Shown here piece by piece: positions 39,681 to 54,442 of a DNA stretch of 64,000 nucleotides; the stretch's first letter is position 1; each line of letters begins with the position of its first letter. The notes under the pieces are model-generated. The model saw only the letters and a program-made list of their open reading frames with translations. It did not search any database and was not told the DNA's origin. This DNA comes from Phoronis australis (taxonomy: Eukaryota; Animalia; Phoronida), in contig NMRA01000040.1 of the NCBI GenBank assembly GCA_002633005.1, positions 141,362 to 205,361 of the forward strand, in the 5' to 3' direction. A program made the position numbers and the translations under genes.

Positions 39681-42600
39681 TAACATGTCTTAGTGTTTTT
39701 GGGACCACTCATGTGAAATTTAGGTTTTTTTATTACCTTTGTTCCAGTTTGCTTTCATCAGTCAATAAGTTTAAATTCAAATATACTCTGGCATGGAATA
39801 GCTCAAGTTAAGAGGCAAACTGCTCCTGATTTTGCCTAGAGGGTTTGAAACAAGAAAAACAAATAAGCTTGTCACTTTGTTTTAAGTTTACGTTTATGAA
39901 AACCTACCGTACTTCAAGTTTCAAATGTTACCATAAAAGCAAAAATGCTTGCCAAATTAAAATTGAAATCCTACATTTTTATAAACGGTTATAGAATTGG
40001 CCAGAAAATCAAGGATTTGTGTTGTGGCTTGCAATTAGTTTCAAGCCAGAAGAATTGCAAAAAAGGAAGGCACTGACAAATGACAGATTCCAATTTGTAA
40101 TTAACTTTATTTGCTATTTGGTATTTAACCATAAAGGCAGTTAAAATATGAAAACCTGTTGAAGTGATTAGTATGGAGCTCGGCTTGGATTTCCCACAAT
40201 TTATGTGGCAGTTGTTGACCTTTTGAACTGGATAAATCGGAAATTCTTCTTTCAGGTCTGGCAATGACCCTTTAATTACAAAGCATAGGTACTAGGCATG
40301 TTAAGGTGTTTTTTCTTCTCGGCACACAAGGTTTTATTGTGTTACCAGCTTCACTGTGGGCACATGGTTGCATAGACCTCAACCAAAATATCTGTGAAGC
40401 TGATAAATGACCTCCTGTTCAAGCGCTTTCCTTTAGGCTGTAATTCAATTGGAAGCCTCCAGAAACTCTAGCTCAGCACCCCTGATTGGTTTGTTATATT
40501 ATCCATAGTTCAGTCACTCTTTCAAGTTTTGAAGCTCTTGTTGATTGACTTAACGAACATAGGTGGACCTACAACATCACTAATGCTTTGGTGCCATCGG
40601 CACTGCAAGTTATCTTAGAACTAAGTTACTCTTGGAATAAGTTGTCACTTAGTTTAGTAGTAGTGTGGATGTTATTTTCGCAGCAGCAACTTGACACTTA
40701 TTTGACAACCTACTCCGCCTTATCAAGGTTGGGTAACTTGTTCTTGGGTAACTTAACCTTTGCAAGCTGGCAGCTCTGGAACATACATGCAGGTATCTAG
40801 TCCTGTTGTAAGCAGTTATGTGCGATATTTGCCGCAAGATGTATAGTATGTAGTGTAGACACTGGACTGACCGTGGGGCAAGTTGTTCAAGGGCAACTTC
40901 TTATCCAAATCGTTCTTGGGCAAGCTGTTCTCGTAGGGTAACATGTAATGACGACATGACTATTCAGGAGGTTAAGTTTCCTGGTCAAATTTTGTTTGCA
41001 GATGCAAAGGTGGGTGTCATTGCATTTAGTGAGAGAACTATTATGATTAATGTCCACTCACCTTTTTTTGCTATTTTATGCTTTGTCGGCAGCTCCAACC
41101 TCCTCACATTTCTCATTTTACTCCTTCCTTTGGCCCCCCTCACACACCCACACTCTCCCACCTACTTCAGATCTACCATTTTGTTGGCATTGTCACCGCA
41201 CTGAAATTGAAACTTAGTGCGAGATCTGATCTTTATTTCACACAAGGGTTTCTCTGAAGTGGGAAAAAGTCCATCGCATGGGTCGGTGAGTTGGCAACCT
41301 ACAGCTTGCCAATCAGACGTCAGATTTTGTTTGGTGACTGAGTTGTGACAAAGTTACTAGATTATTTGGACTTGCAACCTATTTAGAAGGAGCCAGACAA
41401 ACAAGAAGCCAACTGTGATTATCTTTGAAATTTGTGGTAACTTAAGTGACTGTGGTTTGTGCTGGCTAAATTTGTTAAACCGCTGCACATTTGGTATCTA
41501 TGGTTGAATGAAAAAATTTGAGTGCCCTTACACCTGAAAATGTCCCGGCAGCATTTAATTTTTGGGCAAGCTAATTTCCTGTTTTGCGATCTAGGAAGTT
41601 GCCTGATCGCATTTGGCAGGTTGACGTTTTGCTAAGCATCGGGGCCCGAAGAGTTCACCATAGGCAGACACTGTAAAGAATACTGATGAATTATTGTGGC
41701 GTCAGCTTAAGATTTTGGGAATGCTTGGTATTCGACTGTGAGTTTTTGCTAACGTGTGTACAATAATTTTAGGCGCTAACGTCTGGTTAAAGATTGAAAA
41801 ATCCCACAATTCCTTGCTAGCTGCATTTCGCCCTGATCAAGCAGACAAAAATAAAGATTGATTCTAATGTGCGCTTTACTGTCATACAATAGGGTCTCGT
41901 AATATTCCTTACAGCAATGGGATTCTATTTCCATTACGAACAAGAACATCGCAACACTTCAGAGTTCATTGCTGTTGTCCACACCTCAAATTGTGAATTC
42001 AGAAATGGCACGTGTACACATTGCCTGTGACTTGAGTTTTCGGCTTATTCGGAAGCAATTCAATATCAAATGAACGTGATAATGCGTGATAATGCACTTG
42101 ACTTAAGAATTGACTGCTAAACAAGGTGAAATGCCCTTTAACAACTAAATGCCTGAGGTTTCTTGTCATGACCTCAGGTCTGCCTTCTGTCAACTCTAGG
42201 GTCTTCTTGAACAGTTGTGCTGCTACATATAAAGATGACTGATCATTCTTAGCTGTCTAACTGCTGTGCCTTGATGAATGCAGCCATGTCTTGTTCAGGG
42301 TAGCATAACTGAGACTATGCATTAGTAGATGCTGCTAGTGCTTTTGCCTGCAGCTCAGCAATGATCGCAATAAGTTACAGCCCCATACAGCAACAGGGAC
42401 AGTGTTCATTAATTAAAACTGTTGTTGCAAAAGATATCAACAAACTCTTTTGAATCCATATGAAAATCTATTCAATGGGATAAAAATAATTGCCCCAATT
42501 CTCATTTTTAAGGGCTTGTTGCTCACGAATCTCAATTGTCTTAATTTGGCTGTAGTCAGAAGATGAGCATTGTATATGATTGTCAATTCGGTCTATATTA

Positions 42601-45600
42601 TGGTTTATGGAAAATTGAAAAACTTTGATTTTCTGCCATCATGTAGGTTTAATTTACAAGATTATACGATGAGATGACAAAGGCTTATGTGATTGGTTCT
42701 GATCTGTGGATTTTAAAAAATTAATGTGATGTAGTAATTATTAGTTTTTGTTATTTTCAAACACAAATGTCAACTGAATGTGCCAAAATAAGATGATATG
42801 CATCTTTTCATGCAGCGCCACCTCATGGAAGATGAAAGGGTCTGGTCAGATAATTTTTTTCTTTCGGGGGGGGGGGGCTAGGCCTAACCTGTACAATGTC
42901 ATACAGTTTGACTTTACTGTCTGTTTAATGGTGGTGATTAAGTTACCAAGCCTCTTGGTTCCCATGGCTTAGATACAAGCATGAAAGTTTTGAGACATCC
43001 AGTTGAGGTAACAAGATAGAGAAGAATTGAGTCAAATACTGGAATTAGCTTATGGTACTTGAGTTAGCCATTTTGCATCTGTCTCTCATCCAGAGTCCCT
43101 CTCAGAATAAAGGTGGATTAAGGTTCCATCTGTCACACTTATGGGATAGTGTCCTGACCTCGATGCTACATCATCTGGTTAAAATGTCACCTATTGGCCA
43201 GTACGGTAGTAACACCACTAGCCAAGCTGAAATCCATGAAAGACATACGCAAGAAAGCCAATTCCACTATTTGACTCAATTTTTCTATATTATAACTTAG
43301 AAACGTTAGTGTAGCTTTTGAAAGAAGAAATATAACTTCACCAAAAATGATGCGGGTGGACATTTTTTTTCTAACAGTGAGATGCAGGTTTTAAAAGGGT
43401 GAGGCACTCCAGTATCAATACATGATTTTCTTTGGCCAAATCATAACGTAAAGGTAAAAACTACAAAAGCTGACTGGTAGTATTTATAAATTCTTTAATT
43501 TTTTCCGCAGAGATGTTTTTATAGATGGTGTTTCAACTTAGTGTTCCAACTTTAATATGGCATATATTCAGTTGCAAAGTTGAATTTTGCTCAATACTGG
43601 TGTTGCAGCAGTTGGAGAACCTGTTTCCTCCACTGAATAACAAGCAACAGAATGGTTATTAAAATCCAGGACCCCTGTAAGTGACTATTGCTGTCTTACA
43701 AACACCATTTGTACACACACACATAGAGACGTTCATGTTCTCATGTTTGAATTGGCTTCTTGTGGTGTTTCGTGGCTTCTCACAGTCCTACCTCCTACCC
43801 CCTAATGTGATGAAACCTTTTTCAACTTGTGTAGGCAAAGTCACTCTGAACTTTAAAGCTGTATCGATTTCCTTGTTAGCAAAGAAGTTAGGATTGAGCA
43901 TCTGCAGTTCACCATCAGGAAGTTCACTCTTGATTGCTTTCATTGCTTTTTCACTGACGTGCCTTCAACAACCACTACAAGTTGATATGTCGTTTGTTCT
44001 GAAGGTTTGACGTTGATTATATTTAACTATTTCTTTTACTCACAGTTTTAGAATGACAAAAGTTAATTCCATCGTCATACTGCTTCTCACGAATCTTAGT
44101 GTAGTTTTTCTTTGAAACTTGTGTATTGTTGGCACAACAGTTAATTCCTAGACATTTTCATTCTTCATCTTAAAATGAGTCAAAATAAGAAAACTATCAT
44201 TTTAATTCATGTTTTTTCTAAGGTTAACGCTCATCCCTCGATTTTTCATTTTCAAGATTAATAAAGGAAATATTACAGGTCTTGGTACATATAACAAGAC
44301 ATTGATAGAAAACCTGAGTGACATTTAATTGCAAGAACCCTGCTGTAGCACTTCATGTGAGGAGCCATTGAGTGTGACAGTTGTCTCTCTTGAACACTAT
44401 AGACATACTTTTGTTTGCGCCACACCATATGTTTTTAATTATTTACATTGAAAATGTACTGCTTGTACACAAGTGTTTAGTCTGCAGTGCCAGAATCTTC
44501 AACTAGTAATTGTTTTTTAATTTGAAATGTTACAAGAAGTATTTCAAATACCTTCAGTGCAGTTCTCCTGTACTTAGCAGTAACAAAAAACAGCAACAAT
44601 AAAAAGTCACATTTGAATTGGTGTCACAGAACTACCCACTAGGCAGGTGCCCATTCTGTTAATGGAGATATTGTCAAAAAACACCGTGCAAAATCACGCG
44701 AGTGAAAGATAGGTGTATCACGAGTGCTCAGGATGTCTCTTTAAGTGTAAAATGGCAGCCACTGAGGTGATTGGTAAGCCTAGAAAAGCGCCATCAAGTG
44801 GCAGGAATGTGCATCATATTTTGTGCAACAAAAACACCTTTTTTTAAATAAATGTGCAAGTGTAGACGTGGGAACTTTTTGGAATTTGATTTATAGGTAT
44901 ATTATCTAGCCACATAGAAAAAACTAGGTTGCCCCCCAAAGTACTCACAAGGATGAACGCTATGAGATCTGGCCCACCAACTATAGGGTAGAGTGATTTC
45001 TCACTGTCAAATGTCTTGCTCCTATCTTTTACAGAAGGTGTTGCTATTACCCAATATTACATAATCTAATCTGATAATGATGCTGTGGCAAACTAGCCCC
45101 CACAATAGGTGGCTGCAGTGAAAGAAAGGCTCAAATCAGATAATGAGTGTGCTGTAAAATGAAAATTGTTGAGACAGGCAACAGACTCTTTGAGGTGTTT
45201 TATTTTACTGGTCATAAACAAGCTTTATGCTATGTTCATGGTAGCCACTGTAGTATGTCACTGTTGTACTCAAACTAGATCACTCTGCTGTGTACTTTAT
45301 AAGCCATGCTCTACCACTCTTGAACCTGACCAAAGGTGAGACCGACAGTTTCTGTGCATTTTTTTTTGCTAACGTTCTGTTGTAAGCAAATGTAGTGCAA
45401 CTAAACTGAAAAATGAGTGAAAGCTTGCCGTATGCTGCTGATGACTTTTTAATTGAAATGTCTGAGTCTGGAAACATGGTCTGTAAAAACTAGGCGGTCT
45501 TGCCAGCAGTCTTACCAACAAAGCACGGGGTTAGTTTTCAACTGTGCTTCAGAAGCTCTGAACTTCATGTCGATAACAACATTGAATTCTTGACTTGTAA

Positions 45601-48600
45601 GTTGTGAGTGAACTTCATAACCGCAGGGTCCAAAAAAAAAGTTATAATGTGAAATCGTAGCAGATTTTCTGTGAATTAATATCGCAACTATCTCGTGGTC
45701 CACCTACTACAGATCCGTGGGAAGGTGAAAACTATTTGAAGGGGGCAATCACGTATTCAGCATCATGAATCTCTCCTCCAAGGGTCGCACATACGTATTC
45801 AAAATCATTAAACTCTTTTCCTCAGGGGGTGGGGGAGGGGAGGCACAACCAGCATCAGCTGACTCTTTCAAAATGGCAACCAATGAAGATTCAGCCGCGC
45901 AGTGAGAAATTCACAGCTCTCAATTTCCACGCAGGTTGCCCAATTGCCCAAGTATAACATAAATACACCAGTTTGGTCAGATTGAAATCTTCAAGATAAC
46001 ACTTGTTTATGTTTTAGAAAATTTTGTTTACTCCTGAAAAGGTGAAAATCAGTGTTTTGTAAACTGAGATGGGCAATTTTGTTTTATTACTGCCCTTTCA
46101 TCATTATTTGCTTTTAGTAATTATATTATTATATTTCTTTAAAAATTCATTAGTTACAGTGTAATAAGTGAACGGAATAGTAATTTGTTGTTTGTACTCA
46201 TTTGCATTTGTATACGGTATATATCAATGTGCTTGTGTTGATGATCAATTAAAAGGATAAACTTTGGGAATAGGGCAAGGCAAGTTAAAATTTCAGTGTG
46301 TGTATTTTGTGGTTGGGTACCACATGTGGATTGCAAAACTGATGAACTGGCAAGCCATGTTTGTCCTAACTGTTTGACAGATGGTGCCCACATACGAAGG
46401 GTAAACTGAGTTCATGACTTGGAGTGTACTATGATGTCAAGAGCACTTTGGGGCGTTGGTCAAGTGCTAGTGACAAATGTGTGGAATTTCATCTTTTCCG
46501 GCTTGGTTTGCAGTCTCCAACTTTTATTTTGGCTTGGTATGCAGTCTCCAACTTTTATTTTTGTATAGGTGGTATATATGGTAATGGCAAGAACTTTTTT
46601 TCAAATTTCATCACCAAGCTCCACAAACTGTATTCCTGGCTCTAACATTTTTCTCTGAATGCAGTTTTCCAAAAAAAATCTTTTATTTGATTTTGTTTCA
46701 TCATGTAGGGAATACGACCCTCTTACGGCAGATTTTCACTTGCACTTTAACAATATTTTTCTGTTCATACTGAAGCATCTGGTCACTTTTGTCTTTTCAT
46801 TTGTGGAAATTTTACAATGGGGTGAGAATGATCACTTGTGGTTATATTCAAGACCAGGTTTTCAGATGTCTCCTTTCATCCTCTGTGTGGGAGTGGGAAG
46901 GCATGCCTTTGCTTGATTCCTTGTGAGTCACTCTGGTCCTTTTGACAATGGACATGTCTGATTCGAAATGACCTCTGAAATGACCTCTGCAATTATGCGT
47001 ACCTTTACCTCCAGCAATATAGTCAAGGCAGGAAACTGCCATTCAACCTCTTGAGACTGAAAAACCACTGCATATCCGCAATGAGATTTTGAGCAGATGC
47101 TGATAGAAAGCTAAGCATTCAGTGCCATTTTCAAAAACCTAACCAGGATCATGGTTAAAAATTAAAAAAATGGTCTCAGACGTTGCATTAATTAGTTCCA
47201 TAATCAGTCTTAGTACAGAACGTGTTTCTCATTATGTCCATTTGGTACTTTCCTTCCCCTCGTTTGCATTACTGTTGGACATTAGTGTCCTGAGTAGTAT
47301 TAACACTCGGTCTCTTAGCCCTGTCTCTTGGCCCTTGCCACTCCCACCCTACCGACTCTTGACATTGTAAGGACATCCATCAGGGACAACAATACTGACA
47401 GTAGAACAAATGTTGAAATGAGTGTGGTGTCGCCATCTTTGATACCACCTACTGTATGCAATCTGGGCACCTTTCAAGGTGATCTTGCTGACTTCTGTAA
47501 TGAACAAAATTTATGTGGAGTCAGATGTTCTTGTGCTTTAAATTTATTCTCTGAATTTTTTTTTTTTGAATTGACTGCAGTAATCCGGGTGGGAAACATT
47601 TTTGCTCTGTCAAGAAGATATGTTTATCTGAAAATGATATTCAAAATATCTGTATGTTATACTTGCTGCCCATGCTAATTTAAATGGTATCCCTCTGTGT
47701 TATCATTTGTGCACAAAACGGTTACTGTTTGCGCTAGCTTTTGCTTTTGAAAGACTTGACAGAATAAACTTAATAAAATTGTGGTCAAGGGAGATGTACT
47801 CTTATTAATAAATTTGTTTTTTCAGTCGCACTGGGATTTCAGGCACATATTCTCTCGCTAGCTTTTTCACTTTGGTCAATGTGTGTTATCTCGTACCACA
47901 CCTACAGTGGTTAATTGCTATTTAAATGTGCACCACTCTAGGATGTTTAGTCTAAAAACTTAGGTATTCAGCTGCTGGTCATCTGTGGCTGCCATATTGC
48001 GAAAAGTTTCTAATTGACATTACACCTAGTAGACTGCCTAGTAGGTAAAAATGTTTTGGCATTCCCTTTAAATAGGTTTTCGATATATTATTTTTACTAC
48101 CTGTGTGTAAAATTCCCCTACCCCGGGCAAAATTGACATGTTTTGATAACATCATAGTGTGGAAAGTCATACAAAAATCACCTACTAGATTATGGTTGTG
48201 GGTAGACAATGTTTTTCACTTCCACAAGGACTGTATTGATATTTTAATTGTTTTTTCGTCACGGGCTGTTCTTGGGAAAAGAATGCCTTTTTTTGTTAGG
48301 AAAGAACAACAGTTTTTTGAGAAAAGATATGTTGGAAAGAGTTAAGTTAAATTTTTGCCTATTAAAAGAAATACATCTTGTCTGAAAAATTCCCATGTCC
48401 TAAATTGAACTCTCTCTCTCCTCTTTTGCGGAGATAGAAAAACGCATTGTATGATTTTCTAAAGGTTGGGCCACAAATACACTTCTGAGTTGAGGTGGGT
48501 AAGTGAAGAACGCGTGGCACTCAACTTCTCAATGTTTTATTGTCAGCTTTGCAACTCTATTTGAAGTTCTAAAACTTTATTGGGGTAAGAAAGACTATCA

Positions 48601-51600
48601 ATGACAAAGTAGTTATGTTGCGGAATTGTGCCAGAAGTAAACACAGTGACTGTTGAAATGGTCTTATTGCCATGCAGCATTGTGGGTAAATTTTGAAGAA
48701 TGAGAGAAGGTGCTGGGGTATTTCAAAAAATGACTGTTGTCATGCAATAGGACAAATAAATGCTGTTAATTTGACACCCTTTGTGGAAACTATCAGGGAG
48801 ATCCATACAAGTACAGTGCCAAAAGTACTGTTTCAAATAAAACAACCCGGAATTCTCAGACATGGTGGCTTAAGGGTGGAATCCAAACTCATTGTCAGAA
48901 TATGGACTTACCTCGTGACTGGGAATAAAGGGAAATGCCCTACCCCCACATAATAGTAGTTCTAACCACACATTTTTGCTGTTAAAAAATAAGCCGTAAA
49001 CGGTCTTTTGTCAGATTACTTTTGTCTAGTTCGAAACAACTTAGCCTATAATCTTATTGGAAACTCCCCCGAATGACAACGAACTCTCTGTGATCTTTTT
49101 ACCTGACGCAGCTTGAATTAAGGGATATATTTCGTAATAGAACACCATTGATTTTTTTAACCTCTTGTTCACCACAGGAGTCCATGTTCAAAATGTTTCA
49201 ACGGAAGTTTTCATTTAGTTCATTTAGTGTAGAAATTGCCACCAACAGCTGGCCAGACGACTTCACAGTTTCACACTGTGTCCTCTGTGTTAGTTTAAAA
49301 GAAATACCCATTGTGAAGATGATGTTGTTTGGAGGTTTTTTATCAGGTGTGGTTTTCATTGGTGAACAGTGAGGTTACTTCCTAACAAATGTAGTTCCGG
49401 GGAATATTTTCCCAAAGCATTTTGGCCACAACATGCCAGCCTAACACAGAACTTTCTTTTGTGATATGTTTCTCTATCAGTTATGGTTTAAAGCTCTTGT
49501 GAGATAGAATGTTCGTCATTTCTGTCTTTCCTATTGATGTATGTGTTTGGTGCAATAGTCTATCCAAGACATTCGAAGTACCTATGATATCAGTGCAAGT
49601 TCTTGTTAAATGCAGTGGTTATGTAGGTGTACATTAGCTTCATGAAAAGAATATTTTGTGATACGGTAAAATCTCACCAATTTGGGAAACGACAGACAGT
49701 GAAATTCTATTTTATAATTTTTCCATGAAAGACGTGTAGTACCAAATTAACGATTTTCTGTGCTCACATTTTTTACCAAAGCTACCGTTAGACAGCGTTT
49801 TGAAAAATGGCATCTGTGGCAATTGTTTTTTTTTCTGAAATTGGAGTGATTTTATCGTACACGTATGTGGGCGTACTTTAGGGTCCGGTTTCGTAATGTA
49901 AGATACTCTTGAATGAAACCATAAGATCACGTGTTTTACTTTTTATGCACCTACAAAAAATTGTGGTGGCATGTAATCAGGTCGGGCATAACCTTTGCTA
50001 GTTTGTTGATCTTTTCTAAACTGCTTGGCTTAGCATTCATTATATGGTTGAGATGTGCCGGAACCGCTTGATTTTCAGACTTATTTGAATACCCTCTTAG
50101 ACATTTAAGTTTTTGACAGGAAACTTCCTGTCTGTCAGTTGCTGGCGAAATGACTTTAGTTTTGCCAAAATTTGACTCAGAGGTATATGGTAGAAATGTA
50201 CCTGCAGCAGTCAAATTAACCAACAAATGAGACTATCCTGGCACCACTTGTTGACCATTTTACTTTTTTAACTATGAACTTGTTGTCTTTCAAGTTTCAA
50301 TGACTTGACGAACTTCACCAAAATATTACTCAGAAACATGTGGTTGGAATGTGCCAGCACAGGTTGATTTTCAGATGAATTTATCTACCGTGGCTTCTAC
50401 TTATTGGCCGTTTCAATTTTCAAACAGGAAATTCCTTGTGTGCCAGTTTTTGGCTAAACAACTACAGACTTTCTGCTTACATGTTGTATGAAATTTTACT
50501 CAGTTATTATCTGTAGTTTAGCAGATATTTGTCAATGAAATCCCGATATTGTCAATGAAATCCTGAATAACCTTAAGAACTATTTCAACTCTGTGCCCAA
50601 CCTGGAGTACTGCAAATGTTCTTCAATTTTCAGAACACTAAACATGGCTGACACGCGCCATTGAATTTGTTTCAATTTTCTTGGTACAAAAACACTGGCA
50701 TGATAAAGCAGAAGCTTTGTTAATTTTTGCTGACAATGTGATCTATCTTTGAAAAGTGGGGAAAATGCTATTCCGTCAGTTTTTGTACAACATTTTTAAA
50801 AAGATTACTGGATCACAATGTTTATTTAATGTGGAAATTTCCCTCACTACTGTTGGTGGTCTGTTTGTTAGGGTCGCCTGAAATCTTGACTTCTTCATGA
50901 AGTCCTATTCCTTATCTTGCTTATAACTCAACCTTGCAGCTTTGAATGCCAACTATCAATGCAATGGCTATTCTGAGGGACTGTTTTTTGTATATTAGAT
51001 TAGGTTGGCACAAATACTGGCTTTAAACAGCCAAATGGTAAATTCTAGAAGTAGGTGTAAATCACATGTGGCAAAGACCTAAACAATTCCAGCTGCCATT
51101 AGGGGTATGTTTATTTTAAATGTGGAACACTAATTACGCATTTGTCTGTGTTGCAAGGTGAGGTCAGTTAAGGTTTTCATTGGGTCATATGCCAGCTGAT
51201 CCAGTTCGCTATTGGTCAAGCCTATTGCCCACATTCTGAGTTAGAAACGAATTCGTAACTTACTGTTCTCTATGGCTGAAACTGTTGGTCTTCCGACTCT
51301 ACTTTTTTACCTAAAAACTCGTGTGTACTGGCTGAGTGAAATAGAGCATGTTTGAACCAATGTCAACATTATGAAGTCAATTACAAAGTCTCATACAGAA
51401 AGTCAAGAGTGTGTAGATGGGACTTTATTTAGAACACCTTTGAGACATTTTGTGGTGTGCATAAATACTTGTTTGCCTTTAAATAAGCTTCGTAACTGCT
51501 GAAACGATGTTAAACCGTGAAAGAAAACTGCATGAAACAGTTTTGCAAATTGACACCTTTGTTAAGTTTCTGTTTTATTTTAGGCTGAGTTACCTAATTC

Positions 51601-52865
51601 TTTCATGATTTCTATATCTGTGTGGCTGTCTAAGGCTTGTCTACAAACCAACTAGGCATTTGTGTCAGATCAGTGTTTGTTTTGAAATCATCCCTTGTCT
51701 GTGGATCCAAAGGCATTGACCTCCAGCAGGGTTAAAAAGTCTTTAGTTACTTATGTACACCACAGGGGGGTTCTCATCCACATGAAGTGTAGGAGGTGCT
51801 CCTGTGCTGCAATATCTAAACCAATTCTAATTCTCATGATATTCGGATTTCCTCGCCTAAGGTGATACCTAGGAGGACCACTCCCCATGACGGCATGTCA
51901 CAACCAAGTGTGTTTTAGGGGTGCCCCAGGAAATGTGCCTGTCAAGGTCTATGTACAGTCCATTCCATAGGATACCACAAAATATAAGCCATTAATTGAT
52001 TCATTATGAATGAAGAGAATTTCTATTCATTGCGCATGTTAGGCTCAGTGTAGATTCAGCTTGTATGCAGGTTGTTGGGGTCTTGTAATGTGGCCACCCC
52101 AGAATGTGTTTGGTTGACACAAGACAACTGGATTTTTATAGATACGAATGTACTGTAAAAAACAGTATTTACTGTACTTCTCAATTCAGGCCGGAATTTT
52201 TACCTTTGTCAGTCCAAAATATTGAGCTATTTCATTGATCGAAACTTATCTATGAGCTAATTAAATGTTGCAAATTTTGACCATTTGCATCTCTGAAAAC
52301 AATCAACGGCTGAGCCAGAGAGTCGCCCTGGTCACCCATGACCTTTGAAATTGAAATACACAGACCCAGAGTTCAAAAGATTTGCTGTATCCATAAAGCA
52401 AGCTGCCCAGAGTTTCTAACCAACTCGTGTATTCAAGTAGCTAATTACGCAATTTGAAATAGAAAATTCACATTGAAATAATACCGGCCAAAATTCTAGG
52501 ACTGGCTTGTCATGCAAGTGTCATCAAAGTCGTCGAAGGTGCAAACTAGATCTTAGCACAAACTCCCTCCCTTTGTTTGTGCTGTTCAAACTCCAATGGT
52601 GGAAAACATCCTGTCAAAAACCTTTTGCAAGACATTGTATGCTTAGGCCAAATGAGCGTGAATGATGCAGTTCAAATTTCGCAAGAAAAAAATTGTGTCT
52701 AATAGCCACAAAATGTTGCATGTAGTGCACCTGCTACAGTACTTTGACTTTGGATGTGAACAGGGTCGGGATTTGGCTATTAAAACTGTGAGAAAAGATT
52801 GTTCTTTTGATAGAATAAATTTGTTGTGTTGTATTGATGAGAGGCTGTGGTTGACTTTAGATCTG

Positions 52866-53265
52866 GGCCCGGTCTTTAATCTTTGTACTCGAAACGAACT
52901 CGAAACTATTTTTGGCAATTTCTCTGCTCCTTTTGTGCGAACTTAAGATAATTGGTTATCAGACTGTGCTTGAATACATTATAGTTTATGCATAGGAGTT
53001 TCTAGTTCAAGTTTGCCCTTGAAGACCCTTATATTCGTGCTACAAACTCGAGTAAAAACTCGAAATTTCTAGTTCAAACTCGAACTTATTGCTTTAATAT
53101 CGGGTTTACAAACTGTGAACTAAGGGCAATAAATTATCTACTAAGTTATTGTGTACTCGAGCATAGAATAATAGACATTTATCTTGAGTTTGCCCAAAAG
53201 TAGAGTAGAAAATGCCAAACCTAATTTCGAGTTCCATTTCGAGTAAAAAGATTGGAGACCGGGCC
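52866..53265. mobile_element. PIF/Harbinger-like MITE with CWG target, copy 1
   Basis: TIRs GGCCCGGTCTTTAATCTT / AAGATTGGAGACCGGGCC; CTG TSD; internal ACTCGAA motifs. Confidence 0.9.
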
Positions 53266-54442
53266 CTGGTAAGTGTAAATTTGAACAAGGTGGCCATTCC
53301 TAATACACTGCAAAAGTCACAAACAACACAATGTCCCTGGCCACCAAAGCCACTGACGACGACTGGTACTCCCATCGACTTGAAATTGCAAATGTGTGGA
53401 AAAAATAGAAATACGCTTAAATGTGTCCTGTCTGACATGGATCATAGTAGGCCGTTTACTCAATTTTCATATGGAAAATTCCAGGTAGTATGGCCAAATT
53501 TCTTCAGGAACTAGAATTTAATCAAGAAGCCAGTGGACCACCGTTTCAAAAACCCAGTGAAACCACTGCCTTTATTGTTTTCCTGGCGTAATCTCCACTT
53601 GTAATAATTTCTGAGCTTGGGAAGAACTGACTGTGTTATTCAATTAGACTTGGCTGTACATGTCAGTTTGGTTTGCCCTCGTAGATCCGTTAAGCAGCGA
53701 GCAATGCACTACTAGTTCTCCCTTAGAACGAAGTTAAGAAAATTTGAGGTATCGATTTCATAATTCATGCCCAGATTTTTGTTGTTGTTTACGGATCACA
53801 ATAGGACTGCTTACCCCTTTCCTGGTGGCCTTCATTTCCTGCCTTTGTCTCCATCATTGCTGTATGCTCAGAGTGACCTTCAAGTCATGGTTCATTGGTA
53901 CGACATAATAGTTCAAAAATATCTTTTCACAGGTTACAAAAAGCTGTTGGTTGCTCCCTAATAGTGGCCTGAATCAAAAATTTTTGTGGAGGTGTTTGGC
54001 AGCGAAAGTGTTAGCACAACATAAAATCAAACTGCAGCTAAATCAGTCTACTCACAATGGCCAACAAAGCTATGATCCTATTTCCTATAAAGTACATTTC
54101 TCAATAAAGACTTGTTTTGTTCACTTCTTTTTCAGTTATGTGTTGCTTATTTTTGGTTTTCACAAAAACACACTTTTCCAATCATTGTGGCTGCACAGCT
54201 GCTTCGGCTTTCTGGAGGATGTCAAACCGCTGCTTGTCGTGGGCGTGAATTACCACCACATTGGAGTCAATGTCCAGAGACAACAGAGTCATTGAATGTC
54301 AGGTTCACAGACATCCCCCCCACGAAAACAACAATTTCTCAGCAAGAGGTCTCAACCTAGCAGTGTTTATGCAGGAGCTTTTACCTAAGGCAACCACTGC
54401 CAGCAAAAAAGCAGGAAAGCCAATCTTATGTTTATTCTGATG

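Noticed and set aside
47470-47545. FCNEQNLCGVRCSC in a plus-strand ORF, resembling the Cys-rich 7S exon expected for the alpha2 chain
   Set aside because: No phase-0 acceptor, no following xKG motif and no donor; it runs into poly-T
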